Source of the DNA: Callorhinchus milii
Taxonomy: Eukaryota
Assembly: GCF_018977255.1 (NCBI RefSeq)
Contig: NW_024704743.1
Span: forward strand, 88,910,001-88,974,000
Direction: 5' to 3'
Length of the DNA stretch: 64,000 nucleotides
In this document: positions 13,528 through 25,299 of the stretch, piece by piece
Numbering within the stretch: the first letter of the stretch is position 1
Layout of the letters: each line of letters begins with the position of its first letter
The notes under the pieces: generated by a model
Database searches by the model: none
Told to the model about the DNA's origin: nothing
Seen by the model: the letters and a program-made list of their open reading frames with translations, nothing else
Program-made: the position numbers and the translations under genes

Positions 13528-14919
13528 GTGAGCATGACAATTATACCCTTGGTTGTTCCTTATTTTAACCTGCATTTGGGATAAAGAAAGTGTTTGCAAT
13601 GCCATATATTCTCACATATAAAATAACTGCAGTTTTAATACTTGTTCTACTTGTTAATGCAGTAACCTCCCTCCTCTGCTCTGTCCAGCACTTTCTCTGT
13701 AAAGTGCTGTTGCTCTTTGTGAAGGTTGATAATATCAATGTTGTCACAAAATAAATATCACTGTATAAATCAGGATTCCAATCTATCAAGCTGCAATATG
13801 TTGATCTTTACAGGATAGCATTTTTCAAACAACAAAAAAGTTCCTTGGTACCTAGGTACCAGGGACTAAGTTTCCTCAAAATTCCATACAATTCAATTCT
13901 AGGTGTATGTTTGTGAAGTGAATAGTCACTATATAATTTAATTTATATACAAATATAATTGTTATATTGAAAACAATTGGTGAAGATCAGACTGCTATGG
14001 ATTATTACATATGCATTTTATCTTGAGTTCTGTGTAGAAGATAACATGCTTGTATGATACTTTTAATTCCTCCAATTCCTTTGTTATTTAAGGAAGTTAT
14101 AATGGGAATGCTTAATATCTAGCCTATAAAAATTAAATGCTGAATTTGTTCAATGAATTTAATTATATCAATAACGTCTTGTGTAAATTTCAAATCAATC
14201 AGCCTTTCAGAGAGTTGAATAATTTGCTTGAAAGTTACATGGCACTTTAGTTCCTAAAATTTATGTTAAGCTTTAAGGAAGGAGATTTTCTGTCATTTAT
14301 TTGGGGAATGTTTTGCATCAAACGTCTCTTGCTACTCTTGGCAAATGTTTCATTAAAAAAGCGTTGCCTTGATGGAGCCTCTTGAAAATTAACAAAATTG
14401 AAACTGGCATTTGTTAATAATGGATAGTACTTTTTTAAAATTGCAGGTAAGCTTTACAATTCACAGAACAATTTACAAAATTGTATCAGGACAATGCCAC
14501 CATACTCAATTCGCTTATTGATGCACTCTAAATATAACAACAAAGTTTAACAATTTTGGATGAAATTAGATGCTGCAATTATACTGGGTGTTTAGTGTCA
14601 GTGCTGCATCTGCACCAATTGTGCAATATGATGCTGCAAATTTACTTTTAAACTTGAGATTTGCATGAGTAATTGATTGTTAGAATAGCAAATCAATTGC
14701 TATAACAGCTAACGTGAGATTGGAAGAATTGTAGCTAAGAACGCACCTGACTAGACATGTTGATGACTCACTCGTGTGTGATGAACCAAACGTACAGAAA
14801 TATTATGCCCATGATAAATAAATAATCATTGCATATGATACAGTGTCTTTCACATTCAGAAAGGGCATCTTCACAGGATTCACTGTATGTTTTAGGCAAA
14901 TGATATGATAATTTATGAC

Positions 14920-15312
14920 GTGGAGTCCTGTAGCTTGGTTGGAGCACTCGCCTCACAAGTGAGAGAACCCCAGTTTGATTCCCGGCAGAGCGAAACATTG
15001 GGCATGTTTCCTTACTCCACACTCCTCTGTTTACCTAGCAGTAAATAGGAACCCAGTTGTTAGTTGATTGACGAAGCGCTTTCACGGGGGTAATTATCCC
15101 TTCAAAAATAATTTTTAAATTTTTTAAAAGAATAATAATAATTTGGCCACTCAATCCACGACTGCTTGTTGGACACTGCTGTGCACAATTGGCTGCCGTC
15201 TTTCGTCCACAAAACATACAGTAAATTCACTTTACTGTATGTTCTGTGAAGCGCTTTGAGACGTCTAGAAGTGATAAGGCACTATAATCAAATGCAAGCG
15301 TTATTATTGTTA
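14920..15312 (+). mobile_element. tRNA-Ala-like SINE, long subfamily
   Basis: tRNA-like head, internal tctgtttacctagcagtaaataggaaccc core, shared L2-type tail. Confidence 0.88.
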
Positions 15313-15435
15313 TAATTCTTCATCTCTTTGCAGATACAATGCTCCTGACAGTATCATTATATTATGGAGTTTTTTTTATTATCGTGTAAAGCAAACTGGC
15401 TGATGGCTATGCTTTTTTCCTTATTTTTCTTCTAG

Positions 15436-15565
15436 AAATGCACTTCTCTTCAAAAACAATTTCAAGGCCTACACTTTCTCAGCAGATGGATGTCGACAAC
15501 ATGACTGAACCAGGCATCTCACAACATACCTCATATGTACCAGATACACAAAGGACCAATACAAG
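15436..15565 (+). CDS. NBN: Nibrin exon 9 (130 bp)
   Basis: tctag|AA..ACA AG|gtaagc; contains RPTLSQ (S343-equivalent) and SYVPDT; phases match both neighbours. Confidence 0.9.
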
Positions 15566-15607
15566 GTAAGCAAAATCCAACTCTACATCAGAAATGACAT
15601 GATTTCT

Positions 15608-16382
15608 GTGGAGTCCTGCAGCTCAGTGGTTAGAGTACTCTCGTCGCAAGCGAAAGACCTGGGTTTGATGCCCGGCACGGTAAAATGTTGGGCGAATTTC
15701 CTTACTCCACACGCTTCTTGTTTACCTAGCAGTAAGTAGGAACCCGTTTGTTAGTTGCTTGGCAGATCGCTGTTACAGGGGTAATAATTTCTTCAAAAAA
15801 ATAAAAAATAAATTGGTCACTTCGATCCAGGACTGTTTATTGGACACTGCGATACGCAATTAATTGGCTGCAGTGTTTCGGCCACAAAATACAGGCAATT
15901 CACTGTACAACAACAACAAGATTACTTTTGTATAGCGCCTTTCGCGTCGGGAGAACGTCCCAAGGTGCTGGACAGTGTACAGCATTTCAGAGTATATTCC
16001 GTGAAGCACTTTACGACGTTTCGAAGACTTGATAAGGCACTATATAATAATAGTAATAATAATCCTTGCATTTGTTATAGCGCTTTTCACATCTTCTAGA
16101 CTTCTCAAAGCGCTTCACAGAATAGACTGTAAAGCGAATTGACTGTATATTTGTGGGCGAAATTCGGCAGCCCACAAACAGTCATGGATTGAAATAACCA
16201 ATTTATTATTGTTTTGTTTGAGGGATTATTACCAGGTGTGTGGAGTAAGGAAACTTGCCCAAGGTTTCACCCTGCTGGGATTGGAACCCAGATCTCTCAC
16301 TTGCAAAGCGAGCGCTCTAAACACTGAGCTACAGGACTCCATGAGTGCATTTTTATCAAATGCAAGGATTATTATTATTATT
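15608..16382 (+). mobile_element. Long-subfamily SINE containing a nested L2 tail (15909-15990, -) and a nested short SINE (about 16046-16341, -)
   Basis: Host SINE consensus is interrupted twice and resumes after each insert. Confidence 0.85.
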
Positions 16383-16800
16383 TAACGATATTTTAAAACA
16401 AATTGAGAATGCAAACATTTTTAAATATTTCAGAAAATTCATACTATGTTCTTCAATGTCAGCCAACAGTTTGTGAAAAGGATGAAGACTAAGCACTATA
16501 TACGTAGGATATTACAAATATCTAATTGTGACCAGTTATTATAAACAATCAAAATGATTATTTGAATAGAGACAGATGTTCCTATCTTTCTTCCCTTTGT
16601 GGTCTCTTATTAGCTGTAGACTCCAATGGAGAGGCAATTTAAATAGCTTATCTTTAGTTTGTTGCAGCACAACTTCAACATTATGGTTGGTACTGAAAAA
16701 GATTGGTGCACTTAGTGTAGGTTGAGGTGTTGCTGAGGTCAGTTTCCTGTTACTCTTCCTCCTCTTTCACACATTATAACAAGTCTGAATATGAGATGTC

Positions 16801-17072
16801 AACAATAACAACAAGATTACAAGATTACATTTGTATAGCACCTTTCACGTCGGGAAGACGTCCCCAGGCGCTGGACAGAGTACAGCTTTTCAGACTCCAA
16901 CTGGGGTTGGGGGGGTAAGGGAGGGGAGGGGATGGGGGGTGACCGATGGCACGGTTGAAAAGGAGGGACTTGAGGCGGGACTTGAAGGAGGCTAAGGAGG
17001 GGGTAAGGCGTAGTGACTGGGGGATGGAATTCCAGAGGTTGGGGCAGAGTGGCTGAAGGCTCTCCCGCCAGT
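16801..17072 (-). mobile_element. L2 3' fragment
   Basis: Begins with the caacaag..atttgtatagcacctttcacgtc tail; G-rich body complementary to the other L2 3' ends. Confidence 0.8.
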
Positions 17073-17159
17073 GTCACTCTATTAATAGAGATTGTAAAGT
17101 TGAAAATTGATTGATTTTGCCCTATGTGGGTGGAAGATTTATGTTGGGTAACCTTCAGC

Positions 17160-17345
17160 ACAACCCTCGGCTGAATCCATTCACATTTTCAAGACGGAGG
17201 TAGATAGATATTTGTTAGGTCAGGGTAATAAGGAATATGGAGTAAGGGCAGGTAACTGAACTTGAGGTACAGATCAGCCATGATCTTATAAAATGGTGGA
17301 ACAGGCTTGATGGGCTGAAAAGCCTATTCCTGTTTCTATGTTTCT
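17160..17345 (+). mobile_element. CR1 3' fragment
   Basis: Similar to 2750-2928 (ttcaagac.gag.tagatag..cagccatgatctt..cctgtttctatg). Confidence 0.75.
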
Positions 17346-17469
17346 ACAACAAACAGATTTCTATAAATCGGCGAGTATCTCATAAACTATGTTTGTTCTT
17401 CAATAATCCTAATCTGGATGCATGTAATAAGTGTCAACTCACTGTTAGGAAATAATAGAATTTCTTGCT

Positions 17470-17862
17470 TTTGATGTAATGCCTTTCATGTCGAGAGGAT
17501 GTCACAAAGCACTTCTCATGATTTACCAGTTAAGTGTAGTGACAGTATATTCCTTAGGTGAATGCCTGCAGACACTTTTTACACAGCAATGTTCCTCAAA
17601 CAGCCATGATGTGAATCGCCAATTTTATCTGGGGCTTATTGACCAGGACACCAGGAGAAACTCCTTTCTTGTTCAAATTGTGCCATTGAATCTTTAATTG
17701 TCCACCCAAACAGACAAAAAGGACCGCGGTTTAATATCTCATCCAAAGGATGGCATTCCTAACAATGCAGTGTTCCCTCTGCACTTTTGTGGAGTGTAAA
17801 TATAGACTGTAAGTTCAGACTCTGAACTCGAAGGTGAGAGTGTGACCAACTGAGCCAGGCTA
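17470..17862 (-). mobile_element. Deu-domain SINE
   Basis: ccaggacaccaggagaaactcc..gtgccat..atctttaa..ccacc; head ends accaactgagccaggct. Confidence 0.8.
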
Positions 17863-18167
17863 ACAAAACACTTGATCCAAACATGATTCAGAACATAAAC
17901 AATGATTTAATCTTGCTCAGGTAAACATTGCAGGCTCCCTGTTGTGCTCTTATGTGGATCCTGCTTCAGAGTCTGATAGAGTTGGCAGGTAATTGGCCAT
18001 TATGAATTATTTGAGTTAACTTATTCTACAGTTTTAACATTATATTTCCTATTCTTCCTACCTTTAAGGAATTGTTGTACATTTTCTACATTTGTTTAGC
18101 TGAGTTGCCAGTACTCTGGTGGTATGAAATCGACATCCTGCCATTAGAATAGTGTGTTGTACATCAT

Positions 18168-18549
18168 TGTAGTCTTGTGGTTTAGTGGTTAGAGCACTTG
18201 CCTTGCAAACAAGAGGACCTGGGTTTGATTCCCAGGCAAAGCAAAATGTTGGGCAGGTTTCCTTACTCCACATGCCTCTGTTTACCTAGCAGTAAACAAC
18301 AACTGTTGTTAGTTGATTGGTGGATTACTTTTATGGGGGAAATAATCCCTTCAAAAATAAATAAATCAATAAAAAAGATGTGGTCACTCAATCCACGACT
18401 GTTTGTGGGACACTGCTGTGCACAATTGACTACTGCATTTCGCCCCCAAAATTCGCCCACAGTCCATTCCCTTTATAGTATATTCTGTGAAGCGTTCAGA
18501 CGTCTCGAAGACCTGATCAGATGCTGTATGAAATGCAAGGATTATTATT
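18168..18549 (+). mobile_element. tRNA-Ala-like SINE, long subfamily
   Basis: Head, core and tail as in 14920-15312. Confidence 0.85.
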
Positions 18550-18893
18550 GTAATTGCGCTGTGGCACTTCATTACATCCNTTTTTTAATTTAAATATTGC
18601 AATTGTCCAATGCATATTTGTGAAATGTATTGACAAAGATTACAGAAAACCCTTAACTTACTGTTTTTTTTAAAAGAAAAAATTTATTTGAGAGTTCTGG
18701 GGGAGGAAAAAGATGGTTAGTAACTGGTGATGGTAAATTCCTCAACTGCACCCTAATTAATAATGAAACACAGGCAAAATGGATATCTCTTTCATTAAGC
18801 CAGCATATGGGCAGAATACCTTTCTGTTCTGATATTAGACTGTACATGGTAATATCAATATTGATATTGATGTTAATCGCAATCTTGCTACAG

Positions 18894-19172
18894 GATGAAT
18901 GTAAACACCACAGTGGAGGTAAAAGAGACTCCTGAAACAGACGAAGAAAGCAAGATTGTATCTCAAGACATTTCAGTGGTAATCCATCCAGCAACCAGCA
19001 TGTTTTCACCAGATCAAAGACCAAAATCGAAGAAAGAAAAAAGCCGAAGTTTTAACACTGGAAACGAGGAGCCGGGAGAAATGGCAATGTTTAGCAGTGT
19101 GAGGAACAAAGACAAGAATGAACCTCAGTCCAGTTCTATCCATGACTTCTTTCAGCCAATAAGAAGGAAAAG
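18894..19172 (+). CDS. NBN: Nibrin exon 10 (279 bp)
   Basis: acag|G ATG..AAA AG|gtaagg; KIVSQD..SSSIHDFFQPIRRKR (human RMLSQD..TNSIRNYFQPSTKKR). Confidence 0.9.
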
Positions 19173-19559
19173 GTAAGGCATTGACCTATCAATTAAATGA
19201 CAGGTGAAGCCTTTGACAGGCTAAGTGAAACCTTTAATGGTACTTTTCTCTTCTGTTGCATTATTTATTAGCTGTCCATTTTACGTTTGTTCTTAGTGTA
19301 ACTGTTTTTATTGCTTGCATGAAAGGAACTTTTTTTGAAGGGACAAAGACATCTGCTTTTGTATTTTTTTGCCTTTGTCATTATTTTTTCAAAGATTTTC
19401 TTATTTTTTCTTTTATAAGTTAAAATGAAACAAAGCAGCCATCTGCTTCTCAAGTTGAATCTGAAAAGGGAAATGTCAGTAAATTGAAAGTAAATTTAAA
19501 TAATGGAAAGAAAGGAACTGCTTTTTTTCTCCAATTCTCCTTTATAAAGTACACTGGAT

Positions 19560-20290
19560 CCCTTCCAACTCTACCTACCAACCCATCTCCAATCTGCCTT
19601 TCTTCTCAAACATGTTGTCTCCCAGCTCTGTTCCTTCCTCTTCCACCATTCCTGTTTGAGTCCTTCCACTCTGGCTTCTCCTGCACCGACATTACTACAG
19701 AGTCAGCACTGATCTAAGTCACACGCCTTTCTGTTTGCGATTAGGTTTCTGTGTCTCCTCATCCTCATTGATCTCTCTGCTGCCATTGACATTGTTGACC
19801 ACTCCATCCTTTGCCACTGTTTCTCCTCCCTGATCCACATTCAAAATTGCATATTCCTGGTTTCACTCCTACTTATCTAGCATTGTTACCACGGTCCATA
19901 TCTTCTCCCACACTAGGCTTTATGAACTCATCAACTCCATCCTCACCTGGCTCTACTGCTCACTATCACTCAAGGGATCAAGTTTAAGATTCTTGTCGTC
20001 ATCTTCACATGGCTGCAAAGCCTTGTACTACCTAGCTCTGCAATCTCCTGTAACTACTATTCCGATCATTCTCTCCACTCTGCCAGGCTGCTTCATGCCT
20101 CCACCCACTCTGCCCCACCATCTACGGACAAAGCTTCAGCCACTTTTCCCCCTACTCTTCCCAAATCTCTCTGCACTGCCCCTTCTCTCTCTGCTTTCAA
20201 ATCCTGCTTGAACACCTACTTCTTACTGCACTTTAGTCTTTGTAAAGTGCTTTGCGATGTTCACCTGAAGTGAAGGCGTTACATAAGTAT
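19560..20290 (+). mobile_element. Degenerate, internally deleted L2 fragment
   Basis: Resembles L2 RT segments (gatctctctgctgccattgacattgttgaccactccatcct) and the L2 3' end. Confidence 0.75.
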
Positions 20291-20574
20291 AATTATTCCT
20301 GTTAATTATTCCTGTTCATGTGAAACAAACATTGTTTTGAATGCTGAAAAGGTTCAAAGCAATTGTAAATAACATAAGAAATGCTAGACAATAAAAGACC
20401 AAGGTCCGTCTTGTTCACCTTCCACCTTCCTGGTGGTTGCATGCATGTATGTCCCGAACATAATTTATGGGATTTGAAAGGCAAACGTAAAAGGATTTGT
20501 TTCATTCTTTTACGTTTGCTTATTTAGTTATTNAAAAAAAGATTTCAAACCTTTCCTTTTTTTAACTTAAACAG

Positions 20575-21031
20575 AGAAAGACAGGGGGATGAATCGACTC
20601 AAAGCAAATTTGCAAGAACGGAGGACTCAAAACCATCCTTGATCCATCAGACCTCCATGTCGGAGCCTTCAGTGGGAAGAAGAGACCTCGATCTCACTCA
20701 GTTCACCCAGGCTGAGAGATTTTCAGCAAGCTTCATAATAGGATCCTCCACTGAGGGTTCAAAAGGGAATTGTGAAGTTGTTTGTAAGAGAGAAACAACT
20801 GGCATTAATGTCCCTGACAAAAGCATTAGGCTTGCTGATGAAGTGCACAGGTCAAACAAAAGAAAGGGACTTGATGATTTTAACATCCAGCCTGTAGATG
20901 GAATTCTGGAAGATGATGCTGGACCCAGCAGAGAGGAATGGCTGGTTATAAGTAAGAGGAGGAAGGTAGAACCAGAGGATTTGTCTCTCCCTGAAAAACC
21001 ATCCAAAGCAGAATTTGACCACAAACTCCTT
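20575..21031 (+). CDS. NBN: Nibrin exon 11 (457 bp)
   Basis: acag|A GAA..CTC CTT|gtgagt; ERQGDESTQSKFARTE..RSNKRKGLDD..KRRKVE; open frame. Confidence 0.9.
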
Positions 21032-21249
21032 GTGAGTAGCATTTTTATTATTACTACTTCAGCTCTGATTATGAAATGTTCGAAACAGCTATTTTTTAAT
21101 AGATTTTCCAAGTTGAGCACTATCTCTTCAGTCCTCATTTGAGCTTTTCATGCTATTTATTTTATTAACGTAATTCAAGGTGCAGTATGACAAGCTGTGT
21201 TCACAGGGGTAACGAGAGGCACATGGAGAACAATTTAGAAAAGAGCAGC

Positions 21250-21610
21250 TGCCTTGATGGTCTAATAAGTAATCGCACCATCTGGTGCAGCACAAACCCC
21301 TACAGGTTACAGTTTTAACTCCTGCTCCATGCTGACTTAGCTGATCTCACCCAGGCCAGTCATCAGAGTATTGCAATTGCTTGTGTTCCTGGTTTGGCGA
21401 GGGGAAAGTGAGACAGGGCTCTTGTTTATGATTTCTGTCGAGATATTCCTGCTGGCACGTGTGCATGTATGAAATAGGTGGATAGCCTGCCAACACTCAC
21501 TGCCAAGGCTCAAAATAATGGTCACTTTAATGAAGTATGGATGACTGGTGTCCATTGACCATGTTCCGGTAGAAGAAAAAGTCAGACATTGTCAAGAGAA
21601 GAGGGGGAAA
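21250..21610 (+). mobile_element. Ancient SINE-like repeat (related copies at about 10865-11010 and 52780-53095)
   Basis: Shared motifs gctg..ttagctgatctc, tagcctgccaacactc, gaggtactgga between the copies. Confidence 0.6.
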
Positions 21611-21937
21611 GGAAAAAATTGGAAGTGGAAAATCGGGATAAAAATATAAAATAATTCTTCTGCCTATGGCTTTATAATTTAGTCACAGCATCACTCCTCA
21701 AGCTTCAATATGTTTGTTTGATAAGAATATATTGATAATACAGTGGGGAAAACTGACTTGAAGGAACTGGAGTAAGTCAAAGTCAGGAAGTACCTTGAGT
21801 TGCAATTATTAACACAATGTGCCTCAATGCTTGTTGGGTAGAAATATCATTTGGGTGTAAATTTACTCTCAACTACAAGCATGTGGGAATAATGAAGTAG
21901 AAAAAATGGTCTGACCTTATTATTTATTTGCATCCAG

Positions 21938-22021
21938 CATTCTGATAAACGTACATCAGAAGTAAAACAGAAGACTGAAATTCTGGATCCATTGGCTGTA
22001 TCCCTAAATGAGTCAAATAAT
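21938..22021 (+). CDS. NBN: Nibrin exon 12 (84 bp)
   Basis: ccag|CAT..AAT|gtaagt; phase 0/0, open, at the expected position; sequence poorly conserved. Confidence 0.78.
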
Positions 22022-22412
22022 GTAAGTATTTGAGGTTCAATAAGGTCTAACTTTACTGAAAAGGATAAAAAAGTAATAATAAAATAAACTTTACTAAAGT
22101 TTGCTAAAACTACCAACAAAATAATCTTTTGTTGCCATCATTTTTAGTTACAAGTGCACGAAAAGTCCTTTGTAAACAATTTGCGATGTCTGTATTTTAT
22201 GCATGTAATATTTTCTTATATGTATATTGTTTAACTTCATGACAAAAGAGCAATTTCTAGTGAATGGCCAAAAATGTGGTTAGTAACAATGTGTAAATCT
22301 AAATCTTAAGTAATTTTATGTTACTTATGCAACTGTTACTTACATTTGAACAGCATCCTATACAGGGCTCAGTTCTACTACAACTGCTGTGACAATGTAC
22401 ATTTCTTTCCAG

Positions 22413-22571
22413 CATGAGAAATTATTCAATGAAGCTGAATATAATGAGATGCTTCCAAGCAAGCTCCTGCTAACTGTTTTCAAGACGCTTGTTAATCACA
22501 CTAGACAAAAGATAGTTCCCACTTCAAATGCAGACAACAGCCAAGTGAAGAACTTTAAGAAGTTCAGAAAG
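22413..22571 (+). CDS. NBN: Nibrin exon 13 (159 bp), MRE11-binding region
   Basis: ccag|CAT..AAG|gttact; EMLPSKLLLTVFKTLV..VKNFKKFRK (NFKxFxK motif). Confidence 0.96.
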
Positions 22572-22956
22572 GTTACTGATTTATCTCTTTTTAATCTTTT
22601 TTGTTTTGATCTCAGAACTGCAGAGGTTTCAGACAGTGGTTTAGTAAAAAAAAATCTATAGTTCTACTACAAGATGTTTTTCATTATTATCTCATTGCAA
22701 AGACTTCTGTCTCTGTGTCAATAAAAATATTTTTAAAATAAAAAGAAGAAACATATTGTGTGGTACTGGTAAAGTAAATTGAAGCTATGCAAAATGATTT
22801 AGAACATTATGTGAGGTATACTTATGTATTGAACTGTTGAGAAGTTGTTTTAATTCAGATCTAGCTTTTTTAAAAAGTTTTTAAAAAAATTTCCACAACT
22901 GATTGCATAATTATTACACTATTGTAGCTTACACATGTTTTTGACTTTTGCGGCAG

Positions 22957-23070
22957 GTATTGTACCCAGGTGGAGAAGGACTTCCCAGAATTATTGGGGG
23001 GACAGACCTCAAGGCTTATCAAACCAAAAATAACTCTGAAATGGAGGAGTGGTTAAGGCAAGAAATAGAG
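22957..23070 (+). CDS. NBN: Nibrin exon 14 (114 bp)
   Basis: gcag|GTA..GAG|gtgtgc; VLYPGGEGLPRIIGGTDL..NSEMEEWLRQEIE. Confidence 0.96.
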
Positions 23071-23191
23071 GTGTGCTGGAGTGAAAGATCTTGTTCAATT
23101 GCTTGACTGTATATTTCCTCTTGAGTGATTATTTTTTGCAATGCATAAGTAAATATATGAACAATATGTGTACTTTTCACTTTACACACAG

Positions 23192-23241
23192 GAACAGAGC
23201 CAACAAGCTAAGGATGACATTCTTGCAGATGACTTGTTCAG
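23192..23241 (+). CDS. NBN: Nibrin exon 15 (50 bp)
   Basis: acag|GAA..TTC AG|gtagga; EQSQQAKDDILADDLF(R). Confidence 0.95.
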
Positions 23242-23432
23242 GTAGGAGAAAACCATTGTAATTAATAAAAAACAAGGCACATCTTAATTAATTCTAGAAA
23301 TGTTTACTCCGGTGCCATTGCTTTGCCATTTTACTCCTGTGCGTTGACCTTGTTATGCAAGTAAAATAGAAAGAATATTTGAATTGTTAACTGATCAATA
23401 GCATAAGGTAGATTTACTGTTAAATGGCTTCA

Positions 23433-23780
23433 ATAATAATAATAATCCTTGCATTTGATGTTAGCACTTTTCACGTCTTCTAGACATCTCAAAGCCTTCG
23501 CAGAATATCCTGTAAAGTGAATTGACCTCATATTTATGGGCGAAACGTGTCCCTCAAACAGTGGTGGGTTGATTGACAAAATTATTATTGTTTCTTTTAC
23601 GGATTATTATCCCCGGAAAAGCGATTCGCCAATCGACTAATGACCAGGTTCCTACTTACTGCTAGGTAAACAGGCTTGTGGAGTAAGGAAGCTTGCCCAA
23701 CATTTCGCCCTGCTAGGAATAGAATCCAGGTCTCTTGCTTGCGAAGCGAGTGCCCTAATCACTGAGCTACAGAACTCCAC
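23433..23780 (-). mobile_element. tRNA-Ala-like SINE, long subfamily
   Basis: Reverse-complement match to 14920-15312. Confidence 0.87.
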
Positions 23781-25299
23781 AATATGGAGTTTATGATGTT
23801 ATATGTTGAAATTGCATTTAATTGGAGTATTACTGTGTTTCATTCCTTTCCCCTCCATAGATTTTGCATTATAATAATAATCATAGTGTGATACAGCACT
23901 TTATCACATCCTTGAAAACATCTTAAAGTGTTTCACTGAGGTTTTCTGAAAAATGTAGTGACTGTATTTATAAGTAAATGCGGAGGTCAGTTTCCTTTTT
24001 TTGTTGTTTTATGTGCAAATTGGCTGCCGCCTTTGCCTATAAATACACAAATCTCTGTGAACCACTTGAGATATTTTGAAGACTGTGATGAGTGCTTTAT
24101 TACACAAGGATTATTATTATAATGTGACATCAATGTAGGTTCTCCTCTGATGCCCTGATAAGCACATAAAAATTAGCTTGGTTCTTGGTCTTCTGAGGAA
24201 GAGAATATTGGAAGGCAGATCAATTAAACACCTCAGAGTAGCTGGTTTGAAAGCAATATCGCTATGGGAGTAAGACACTGTCTACGTTTTGGGAATCGTG
24301 TAGCATGTCAAAACACAAGATCTTTGTATCAACTGAATGAATTGAATCTGCCTTATCTTAGAGGTTCAAGTAAACTTAAAAGGATACATTACATTTAATT
24401 GTTATCACCTACCAATAGTTACCCTGTCACCTGCGAGAATTATTTCCCCAACCAGAGGGACTTCCAGGTTGTGAAAGGAGATCCTTGTCCTTATTCATTG
24501 GAGAGGATATATTGAAGATATCCCCAGCTGATGACATTCCAGAATCCTTTTAGTGTGAAATGTTTGAAACTTATTTTATCGCAAGAATACACATTCTGCG
24601 ATACTGTATTTGAATCACCAGAAATGAGCAAAAACAACTGTAAAATTGTTAATTATCTATTTTCCCTCCTCTTCAAACTGATACAATTAACTTTAACATT
24701 AGTTGATTTTTTTTACCGTTAGTTTATTTTTAAATTCAACATCAGTACAATCTTGTTTTCTTACACACATATGCATTTTGCTGATGGTTTCAGCAGCTGA
24801 CTGCTGGATCAAATGTTGATTTTAAATCTGCTGACTGTTAATGCAAACATTGGCTTAATTCTGCTGATTTAATTGTTTGCTCGTCTGTTTAAGAACAGCA
24901 CAATGGCTTCAGCTTCGGCATGTAGAACCAAGATTGCTGGGCGAGATATCATTCACCAGCATTTTTGAAATTCTAAAGCTAGTGAAATGTTCCTGATGAA
25001 ACATTACAAAATAATATTCCACGTTCGATCTCAGATTTCCTGAAATCTTATAATTCTAGATATTCTTGAGATTCCAAATTTACCTTCCCAATAGTCCACT
25101 GGGAATAGATTCAGATTTGACACTCTAGGAGTATCTAGATTTTGTCATGTATTCCCGCGAATGTGTCCCATTGCTCAGTAAGTAGCACTCTCGCTTCTGA
25201 GCCAGAAGGTTGTGGCCAAGGCAAAATACCTCTTGGTCTGTCAGGGACCTCAGCAGTCTGCCCTTATTTAAAAGGTATTTTGCTGTTGTTTTGGGTGGA

